Positions 18,747-26,279 of a DNA stretch of 64,000 bases are shown in pieces (position 1 is the first letter of the stretch; every line of letters begins with the position of its first letter). The notes under the pieces are model-generated. The model did no database searches. It was not told where the DNA came from and worked only from the letters and a program-made list of their open reading frames with translations. A program made the translations under genes and the position numbers. The DNA is from Candidatus Gottesmanbacteria bacterium (GTDB lineage Bacteria > Patescibacteriota > Microgenomatia > UBA10105 > UBA927): contig OY969569.1 of NCBI GenBank assembly GCA_963701185.1, positions 245,735-309,734 of the forward strand. Reading direction: 5' to 3'.

Positions 18747-18867
18747 ATATAATGAGAAACGACTGAGAAATGACACTGCAAATGTCATGGGCCCATAATT
18801 GCAGATATCGGCTGGAATGTCAACATATCAATAATAGCGCTTCTGCTGATATAATAAAGAAATCAGT

Positions 18868-21690
18868 ATGGCAAAGACGCAGACATTCAAACCGGTGACG
18901 GCAGGAGTGAATTTTCCCGAGCTCGAAGAGCGGGTGATCACATACTGGAAAGAGAATAAGATTTTTGAGAAATCCGTCGAGAGCAGGCCTGCGGATAAAA
19001 CATGGACGTTTCTGGACGGCCCGCCGTTTATTACCGGTCTCCCGCACTACGGAACATTACTTTCCAGCATCCCCAAAGATTTATTCCCGAGATATTGGAC
19101 GATGAAAGGGTACCGCGTGCGGCGCGTGTGGGGATGGGATTGCCATGGATTACCGGCGGAAAACAAAGTGGAAACCAAACTGCATCTCAAACGGAAAAAA
19201 GATATTGAGAGCGGGATCGGCGTCCAGAAATTCATTGACGAGTGCAAAACCTACGTTTCGGAAGTTTCCGGCGAATGGGAATGGTACGTTCTGCATATCG
19301 GCCGGTGGGTGGATTTCAAAAATGCCTATAAGACGATGGATACCGATTACATGGAGACAGTGATGTGGGTATTCAAACAGATGTTTGAGAAGAAATTAAT
19401 TTATAAGGGCCTGCGCGTGTCTCTCTACTGCCCGCACGACGTGACACCGATTTCCAATTTTGAAGTGGCGATGGACCCGGATAATTACAAGGAAATTACC
19501 GAGCCGGCGGCGGTCTTCATGTACCAGTCGGAAGAAGCGAAGGATACCTACTATCTTGCGTGGAGTACGACGCCGTGGAATAAAATCGCCACGCCCGCCC
19601 TTGCTGTTAACCCAAAACTGCAATACGTGAAAGTCCAGCAGGGGAATGAAAAATATATTTTAGCTAAATCGACCCTCAGGATGCTCTCCGATAAGCCGTA
19701 TAAAATTCTTGAGGAGTTTGCGGGGCGTACGCTGGTCGGCAAAAGATTTGAGCCGCACTACAACTTTTATACAATCGACGAAGGCAAAAAAGCATTCGTC
19801 ATTATCCCCGGAGATTTCGTGACCGCCGACGAGGGGACGGGGATCGTCACGATTGCCGCTTACGGCGAGGAAGATCTTGCGGTCATGCAAAAAGAGAATA
19901 TTCAAATTGTCCAGCATGTGGACGAAGAAGGCATCATAAAACCGGAGGTCCCCAAGTGGGCCGGGAAATATTATCTTGATGTGGATCCTCTTGTGATTGA
20001 AGATTTAAAGAAACGGGGGCTCATCTACCGCGTGGACGAATATACCCATCCGGTACCGACGTGCTGGCGCTGCCACACGCGCCTCATGTACGCGCCGCAG
20101 AACGCGTGGTACGTTCGGGTGCAGTCCTTAAAGGCAAAAATGAAGGCGACCAATGAGAAGGTGAACTGGGTTCCCGCGCACTTCAAGTACGGCAGATATC
20201 TCAAGAGTTTGGAGAACGCGCCGGACTGGTGCATCTCACGCAGCCGCTACTGGGGTTCGCCGGTTCCGGTGTGGGAATGCAAAAACGGGCATCTGTTCGT
20301 GCCGGGATCTATGAAAGAATTAGAGGAAGCGTCCGGTATGAAGATCACGGATTTGCATAAACCCGGCATCGACGCAGTAACAGTAACCTGCAAAGAGTGC
20401 AAAGAAAAAGCAATCCGCGTGTCAGAGGTGTTGGACAGCTGGATAGAAGCAGGCAGCGCTCTGTTTGCCGAACGGCACTTCCCCTTTAACAAAGACGTAA
20501 AACTTGAAGCATTCTTCCCTCCGGATTTCATCGTCGAGTATACCGGCCAGATCCGTGCGTGGTTTTACGTCCTGCATGTCATAGCCTGCGCCCTCTATGA
20601 TTCGCACGCATTTAAAAACGTCCTGGTGACCGGCGTTATTTTGGGTACGGACGGCAGGAAAATGAGCAAGAACTACAGTAATTATCCGGATCCTAAAGAA
20701 ACGCTTCTTACATACGGCGGGGATGCGCTGCGGCTGTATTTATTGGGGAGCCCGGTCATGCACGGAGAGGATATCCGCATTTCGGAACTTGAGTATAGGA
20801 ACCAGGTGAGGGGCATGCTCTTGCTTTTATGGAATGTGTATAACTTTTTCGTGACGTACGCCGCGATTGATACATGGACGCCGGAAAAATCGCCGGATAG
20901 TAAAAATGTACTGGACCGATGGATCGTTTCGAGATTAAACAGCACGATTGCCGATATCACCGAAAAAGGGTATGAGACATATGATACGCCGGTTATCGTG
21001 TCCGTCGCGTGGGCATTCATGCAGGACTTGTCTTTATGGTACGTGCGAAGGATCCGCGACCGCGTTGGGCCGACTGTCCCGGCGGGAAAAGATAAAAACG
21101 ATGCCTATCAGACATTGTGGCAGGTTCTTACCACGTATACAAAAATCCTTGCGCCGCTTATTCCGTTTGTGACGGAGGAAATATATCGGAATCTTACCGG
21201 AGAAGAGTCTGTACATTTGACTCTCTGGCCGGAGTCAGGGAGTGTGGATGCCGCATTGGAAAAAGAAATGAATCTTGCCCGCCAGGTTGTTGAAAAAGCG
21301 CACGCCATACGTAAAGCTGAAAAACTGAAAGTACGCCAGCCGCTGGCGCTTCTGACCGCGGTTACTCCCGTGGGGTTGTCGGAGGATGTCCGGCGTGTTA
21401 TTGCAGAAGAGGTCAATGTAAAGAAGGTAACCAATACGGTCGGGGAGTTGAAAGTGACATTAGATCTGGAATTGACTGATCAGCTGAAAAATGAAGGCGC
21501 CGCGCGGGAGCTCGTCCGCGACATTCAGAAGATGAGAAAAGAAAAAGGTTGTACAATAGATGCGCATATCACGCTGGTGTTGCCTGGCGACGATCAATCG
21601 CTATCGAAAGACCTTTTGGCATATATACAAAAAGAAACACTTGCGGATACCATTACATGGGGCGACGCACTCACCATATCGACTGGATAG
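18868..21690 (+). CDS. ileS: isoleucyl-tRNA synthetase, type 2 (eukaryote/archaeal-like)
   Basis: FLDGPPFITGLPHYG resembles eukaryotic-type IleRS FYDGPPFATGLPHYGH. WCISRSRYWGSPVPVW is present. GRKMSKNYSNYPDP matches the type-2 KMSK...NYPDP pattern. Confidence 0.8.
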   Translation: MAKTQTFKPVTAGVNFPELEERVITYWKENKIFEKSVESRPADKTWTFLDGPPFITGLPHYGTLLSSIPKDLFPRYWTMKGYRVRRVWGWDCHGLPAENKVETKLHLKRKKDIESGIGVQKFIDECKTYVSEVSGEWEWYVLHIGRWVDFKNAYKTMDTDYMETVMWVFKQMFEKKLIYKGLRVSLYCPHDVTPISNFEVAMDPDNYKEITEPAAVFMYQSEEAKDTYYLAWSTTPWNKIATPALAVNPKLQYVKVQQGNEKYILAKSTLRMLSDKPYKILEEFAGRTLVGKRFEPHYNFYTIDEGKKAFVIIPGDFVTADEGTGIVTIAAYGEEDLAVMQKENIQIVQHVDEEGIIKPEVPKWAGKYYLDVDPLVIEDLKKRGLIYRVDEYTHPVPTCWRCHTRLMYAPQNAWYVRVQSLKAKMKATNEKVNWVPAHFKYGRYLKSLENAPDWCISRSRYWGSPVPVWECKNGHLFVPGSMKELEEASGMKITDLHKPGIDAVTVTCKECKEKAIRVSEVLDSWIEAGSALFAERHFPFNKDVKLEAFFPPDFIVEYTGQIRAWFYVLHVIACALYDSHAFKNVLVTGVILGTDGRKMSKNYSNYPDPKETLLTYGGDALRLYLLGSPVMHGEDIRISELEYRNQVRGMLLLLWNVYNFFVTYAAIDTWTPEKSPDSKNVLDRWIVSRLNSTIADITEKGYETYDTPVIVSVAWAFMQDLSLWYVRRIRDRVGPTVPAGKDKNDAYQTLWQVLTTYTKILAPLIPFVTEEIYRNLTGEESVHLTLWPESGSVDAALEKEMNLARQVVEKAHAIRKAEKLKVRQPLALLTAVTPVGLSEDVRRVIAEEVNVKKVTNTVGELKVTLDLELTDQLKNEGAARELVRDIQKMRKEKGCTIDAHITLVLPGDDQSLSKDLLAYIQKETLADTITWGDALTISTG

Positions 21691-22718
21691 CGGCACTTGT
21701 TCTGCTGTGTATCGGGTCGTTCGGGCTATTCATTCTCCTCACCATCGGCAAAGGATATTTCGTGCCCCAGTTTCTGTTTCTCATTCTGGGATTTGCACTC
21801 CTGTTTGCCATATCTTTCATTGATGCGGCCATTCTGTGGTGGTTTGCACCGATTGGGTATGTCCTCGGGAACATATTTTTGGCGATGTCATACCTTGGAC
21901 CCCATATCCGGGGCGCAACACGATGGATCGTCATTTTCGGCGCCCAGATTCAGCCGTCGGAGTTTGTGAAACCGTTTCTCCTTTTGGCTTTTGCCCATTT
22001 CATGACCACATATACGCCCAGAACCCTGCGGAATATCCCGATACTTTTTGGTTTGTTTATCGTGCCGTTTTTGCTGGTCCTTCGCCAGCCGGATTTGGGC
22101 ACCAGCCTCGTGTATGCAGGGTTCTGGAGCTCGATGCTGCTTGCCGCCGGTCTACCGGTCTGGTTTTTTGCCGGATCCGCGGTTGTCCTGGGCATCTTGC
22201 TTCCGTTTATCTGGTCCCATCTTGCCCCATACCAGCAATCGCGCGTGGAAACGTTTCTTAACCCGTCTCTGGACCCCAAAGGCGCCGGATACAATGCCCT
22301 GCAGGCAATGATTGCCGTGGGTTCAGGTCAATGGTGGGGCCGGGGGCTTGGGCGAGGCACACAGTCACACCTGCGGTTTTTGCCGGAATACCATACGGAT
22401 TTCATTTTCGCAACGCTAGTTGAGGAATTGGGTTTTTTGGGCGGAACACTGCTTTTGGCAGGCTACGCGTTCCTTCTGTACCGGATTATTGCGCCTCTTA
22501 TCAAGGGTATACTGACGGATACCCGCGTATTTATCTATTCATTCGGGCTGTTTGCTATGCTCCTGTCCCAGATATTCATTAATGTCGGCATGAATATGGG
22601 GCTTATTCCGATTACCGGCATCACCCTGCCGTTCGTGTCCTACGGCGGCAGTTCCATCCTGTCGACCGCCGTCGCGTTTGGCCTGCTTTGGGCGATTGCA
22701 AAGGGCACAAATTATTGA
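21657..22718 (+). CDS. rodA: SEDS-family protein RodA (second FtsW/RodA paralogue, outside dcw)
   Basis: The internal ATG at 21657 overlaps the ileS end. Motifs QPDLGTSLV, GSGQWWGRGLG, LPEYHTDFIFA and ITLPFVSYGGSS are present. Confidence 0.75.
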   Translation: MGRRTHHIDWIAALVLLCIGSFGLFILLTIGKGYFVPQFLFLILGFALLFAISFIDAAILWWFAPIGYVLGNIFLAMSYLGPHIRGATRWIVIFGAQIQPSEFVKPFLLLAFAHFMTTYTPRTLRNIPILFGLFIVPFLLVLRQPDLGTSLVYAGFWSSMLLAAGLPVWFFAGSAVVLGILLPFIWSHLAPYQQSRVETFLNPSLDPKGAGYNALQAMIAVGSGQWWGRGLGRGTQSHLRFLPEYHTDFIFATLVEELGFLGGTLLLAGYAFLLYRIIAPLIKGILTDTRVFIYSFGLFAMLLSQIFINVGMNMGLIPITGITLPFVSYGGSSILSTAVAFGLLWAIAKGTNY

Positions 22719-22732
22719 TACAATACGAATCT

Positions 22733-23041
22733 ATGTTCGCTGTTGTTGAGATCGCAGGAAAACAATATCGCGTGAGTGAAAAGGATGTTATTGACGTTTC
22801 CTATATTGAGGAAAAAGAGGGAACAACCTTGACGTTTGACCGTGTCCTTTTGGTGTCTGACGGTAAAAAGAACAAGATCGGAACTCCGACGGTGAAGGGA
22901 ACCACCGTAAAAGCGAAAATCGTGGCGCAGGCAAAGGGAGAAAAACTCAATGTCCGCAGGTATAAGCAGAAAGTCCGCTACCGCAAATCCACAGGCTTCC
23001 GCCCATTGGTCACGAAATTGGAAATACTCTCCATCGGATAA
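22733..23041 (+). CDS. rplU: 50S ribosomal protein L21
   Basis: MFAVVEIAGKQYRVSEKDVIDV...RYKQKVRYRKSTGFRPLVTKLEI is canonical bL21. Confidence 0.9.
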   Translation: MFAVVEIAGKQYRVSEKDVIDVSYIEEKEGTTLTFDRVLLVSDGKKNKIGTPTVKGTTVKAKIVAQAKGEKLNVRRYKQKVRYRKSTGFRPLVTKLEILSIG

Positions 23042-23045
23042 AAGC

Positions 23046-24152
23046 ATGACATCCTATTTATTTATCCTCGGGCGCACTCCCGACCTAGCCTTTTTGGAAC
23101 TGAAGACGTTTCTTCCCGACGTGACGCGTATTGCCGAAGGCGCGGCCAAAAGCGCGAATACAATACCGATACACAAGCTCGGCGGCACGGTAAAGATCGC
23201 CGAAATTATTGGTTCTGTTGACTCGTTAACGCCCGAAAGTCTTGCTCCGTTTGTTGACAGTAATACATTTGGTCTGAGTTTCCTGGCGGATACCCATCCG
23301 TCTGCAAGGACTCTCCTTGAAGGAATCAAAACACTATTGGCCGCAGATGGACGGCATGTGCGGTTTGTTGAGCCGCGCTCAGGAAGCGAGCTGTCCAGTG
23401 TGGTTATCCAAAAACAGCATGTGCAGGAGTATGTGATCGTCAAAAGACAAGAGGAATATGTCGTGGGAAAAACAATAGAAGTTCAGCCGTTTGAAGAGTG
23501 GAACGAGCGGGATTACGGCAGGCCGCACGCGGACCCCAAAGCAGGCATGCTGCCGCCCAAGGTATCGCGCATGGTCGTCAATATTGCAGATCGTTCCCGC
23601 GATGCCGCGCGTACATTGGCCCAAAAAACGCTCCTTGATCCGTTCTGCGGCATGGGAACGGTACTTTCCGAGGCTCTTGTTATGGGGTGGAACGTTGTCG
23701 GCGGTGATCAGTCCGTTCCGGTTATTGAAAAAGCACGGAAGAACCTGCAGTGGCTGATTCAAAAATATCCCGATCTGGGCGTCACATACAGGCTGAACGT
23801 GGCGGATGCCGTGCACATTTCCGGTGTGGTGGACGCAGGCTCTGTTGACGCGATTGTGACGGAGCCCTTCATGGGCCCGACAAAAGTAAAAGACGTGAAA
23901 AATACCATAAAAGGCCTGGAGAAACTGTATATCGGCTGTTTACGGGATTGGCACCTTGTCCTTAAGCCTCGCGGCCTGGTTATGATGGCTCTTCCGAGGT
24001 ACGAGACAGGAGGAAAAACCTACTTCGTGAAAAAAGTTATTGACATGTGTGAAACGCTTGGGTATACTATCGAAGAAGGACCCATAGAATACAGTCGACC
24101 GGGTGCAATTGTTAAACGAATGTTTTATCTTTTTCAGAAAATTAAAAATTAA
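23046..24152 (+). CDS. SAM-dependent RNA (tRNA/rRNA) methyltransferase, Trm11/RlmL-like (UPF0020)
   Basis: Motif I LLDPFCGMGTVLSEA (DPxCGSGT-like) and a downstream TEPFMG (DPPY-like) motif, consistent with N2-guanine or N6-adenine RNA methyltransferases. Confidence 0.5.
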   Translation: MTSYLFILGRTPDLAFLELKTFLPDVTRIAEGAAKSANTIPIHKLGGTVKIAEIIGSVDSLTPESLAPFVDSNTFGLSFLADTHPSARTLLEGIKTLLAADGRHVRFVEPRSGSELSSVVIQKQHVQEYVIVKRQEEYVVGKTIEVQPFEEWNERDYGRPHADPKAGMLPPKVSRMVVNIADRSRDAARTLAQKTLLDPFCGMGTVLSEALVMGWNVVGGDQSVPVIEKARKNLQWLIQKYPDLGVTYRLNVADAVHISGVVDAGSVDAIVTEPFMGPTKVKDVKNTIKGLEKLYIGCLRDWHLVLKPRGLVMMALPRYETGGKTYFVKKVIDMCETLGYTIEEGPIEYSRPGAIVKRMFYLFQKIKN

Positions 24153-24179
24153 AAATTTTAAATTAAAAATTGAGGTAGT

Positions 24180-24437
24180 ATGGCCCACGTAAAAGCAGGC
24201 GGGACAGCCGCAGGAAACAAAGATTCAGTCTCCAAACGTCTTGGCGTTAAGGTCTATGGCGGCCAGATGGCCCAACCGGGGAGTATTATCGTGCGGCAAA
24301 AAGGAACGAAAGTCTATCCCGGGATCGGTGTCCGTTTAGGAAAAGATTTTACTATCTATGCGATCGCCAAGGGCTTCGTCACTTTTTCACAAAAGTTGGG
24401 GAAAAAAGTAGTTTCGGTTCTGCCTACCCAAACATAA
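24180..24437 (+). CDS. rpmA: 50S ribosomal protein L27
   Basis: MAHVKAGGTAAGNKDSVSKRLGVKVYGGQ...GSIIVRQKGTKVYPG is canonical bL27. Confidence 0.9.
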   Translation: MAHVKAGGTAAGNKDSVSKRLGVKVYGGQMAQPGSIIVRQKGTKVYPGIGVRLGKDFTIYAIAKGFVTFSQKLGKKVVSVLPTQT

Positions 24438-24440
24438 GCC

Positions 24441-25250
24441 ATGGCTGATACACAACAGGTTTTGCATCTGGATATTGATGTCATACAAGCCAACCCTCTG
24501 CAGCCCCGCGGGCTCATTTCTCCTGAATCGCTGACCGACTTGGTAAATTCCATCAAAGAACACGGCATCATAGAACCGTTGGTCGTTGCCAAAACACCGG
24601 CGGGGTATCAGATTATCGCCGGAGAACGGCGGTGGCGGGCATCCAAACAGGCAGGCCTGTCTACCGTGCCTGTCATCGTCCGCGAGACAACCGCCCGCGG
24701 CATGCTTGAGATGGCGATCGTGGAAAATGTCCAGCGGGAAGATTTAAACCCCATTGAACGTGCGCAGGCATTCCAGCGGCTCATAGAAGAGTTCGGTCTT
24801 CCGGTTTCCGAGATTGCCAAGCGTGTGGGAAAGAGCGAATCATATGTTTCCAACACCATGCGGTTGATGGCCCTTCCTGATGCCATAAAAGACGGTCTTA
24901 TCTCCGGAGCAATTACCGAAGGTCACGCCAGGGCCATCGCGGGTTTGGGTGAAGTAAAACTCATGGTCGAGGCATACAAGACGATTTTGTCGGAGAGCGC
25001 GTCAGTGCGAAGGGCGGAAGATTTAGCGCGAAGGCTTAAAGCGTCGATTGATAAAAAACCCCTTCATCGGGTGGAGCGCATCCACAGCGATGAACTGGAT
25101 GCCATGGCTAAAGATTTAGCCCAGTCAGTCAACGGGTTGGTAAAAATTACGCAGTCGAAAGTAGAAGCACGGCTGGTATTTGTCATCCGCGGAAATCTGG
25201 AGACCACGAGTAAAATCCTCAAGACAATCCACGAACACCTTAAGTTGTAA
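24441..25250 (+). CDS. parB: chromosome partitioning protein ParB/Spo0J
   Basis: ParB box IAGERRWRASKQAGL and an HTH region LPVSEIAKRVGKSESYVSNTMRL. Confidence 0.85.
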   Translation: MADTQQVLHLDIDVIQANPLQPRGLISPESLTDLVNSIKEHGIIEPLVVAKTPAGYQIIAGERRWRASKQAGLSTVPVIVRETTARGMLEMAIVENVQREDLNPIERAQAFQRLIEEFGLPVSEIAKRVGKSESYVSNTMRLMALPDAIKDGLISGAITEGHARAIAGLGEVKLMVEAYKTILSESASVRRAEDLARRLKASIDKKPLHRVERIHSDELDAMAKDLAQSVNGLVKITQSKVEARLVFVIRGNLETTSKILKTIHEHLKL

Positions 25251-25812
25251 GGAGACCGTACGCCGGACGATTAATTGGTCCCATCTGCGAGAATGGAAAA
25301 TAGCGGAAAATTGCAACGCCGATAAAATCCTCTTTGGCAACGGGTCCGAATTCCCGTGAATCGGAACTGTGCGGGCGGTTGTCCCCTGCGACAAAATATG
25401 TTCCCGGCGGAACGACGATAGATTTTCCTTCGGAGAGATATGATCCGCCGAAAATTGTTGTCCCCTGCGCCAAATACGGTTCATCTATCTTTTTTTCGTT
25501 GACCCAGAAGGCATTATCCCGGAGTGTAACTATGTCGCCGGGCAGGCCTATCACCCGTTTGATGTAATCGATTTCCTTGTTTGCCGGGGATTTGAATATG
25601 ACAACGTCGCCGCGGATGGGATCCCGGAATTTATACAGAATTTTATTGGTCAGGATATATTCACCGTTATGGAAATTCGGTTCCATGGATGCGCCGTTTA
25701 TTTCCTGCGGCGACATGATAAAGAGATACACCATGACCAAAAGTGCCAAAACAACGACAATACCCTGTACAAAATCAAAAAAAGCGGCTATCGCGCGTTT
25801 AATTCCATCCAT
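25240..25812 (-). CDS. lepB: signal peptidase I
   Basis: S26 motifs GASMEPN (SM box), RGDVVIF, KRVIGLPGD and GDNRPHSSDSR. Confidence 0.85.
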   Translation of the reverse strand: MDGIKRAIAAFFDFVQGIVVVLALLVMVYLFIMSPQEINGASMEPNFHNGEYILTNKILYKFRDPIRGDVVIFKSPANKEIDYIKRVIGLPGDIVTLRDNAFWVNEKKIDEPYLAQGTTIFGGSYLSEGKSIVVPPGTYFVAGDNRPHSSDSREFGPVAKEDFIGVAIFRYFPFSQMGPINRPAYGLLTT

Positions 25813-25858
25813 ACATAAAGTTTACGTGATATAATAAGAAGCGTCAAGGAAGGAAAAT

Positions 25859-25931
25859 GGGCGGTTAGCTCAGCTGGTAGAGCGTTTCATTGACATTGAA
25901 AAGGTCATAGGTTCAAGTCCTATACCGCCCA
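25859..25931 (+). tRNA. tRNA-Val (anticodon GAC)
   Basis: GGGCGGT-TA-GCTC-AGCTGGTA-GAGC-G-TTTCA-TTGACAT-TGAAA-AGGTC-ATAGG-TTCAAGT-CCTAT-ACCGCCC-A, a 73 nt cloverleaf with no encoded CCA. Confidence 0.85.
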
Positions 25932-25935
25932 CTGT

Positions 25936-26274
25936 ATGTGGAAGATTATTATTTGGCCATTATTCATTTTTGTACTGCACGGATATATTATTTACCTTTT
26001 TAAATTTCACTATCCGTCCGGACTTGGGCTTGAGCTTGCAGGCGCAGGTATCTTCGAAATTCTTCTTATTATGTCTCTCCTTTGTTATCTAGGTTTAATC
26101 GCACTGTACGTTCTAGTCCAAACATTTCGTAAAAAGGATATTACATTATGGTTTTGCATCTTTGTAGGCATACTATCCGTGCCAGTGAGTCTGTTTATGA
26201 CTCGATATATCACGTTATTGCGTATTGCAGATTACATTTTCAATTCGGATTGGTGGTGGCTGGGATTAATATAG
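25936..26274 (+). CDS. hypothetical membrane protein (low-GC)
   Basis: 112 aa with three hydrophobic helices and no recognisable motifs. It is the first gene of the low-GC block after tRNA-Val. Confidence 0.35.
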   Translation: MWKIIIWPLFIFVLHGYIIYLFKFHYPSGLGLELAGAGIFEILLIMSLLCYLGLIALYVLVQTFRKKDITLWFCIFVGILSVPVSLFMTRYITLLRIADYIFNSDWWWLGLI

Positions 26275-26279
26275 AGGTG

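Noticed and set aside
24128-24179. AT-only repeat AAAATTAAAAATTAAAAATTTTAAATTAAAAATT between the methyltransferase gene and rpmA.
   Set aside because: It is partly the C-terminal coding sequence (QKIKN) plus a short A/T spacer before the rpmA RBS. It reads as low-complexity DNA rather than a structured repeat, though it may serve as an UP-element-like A-tract for rpmA.
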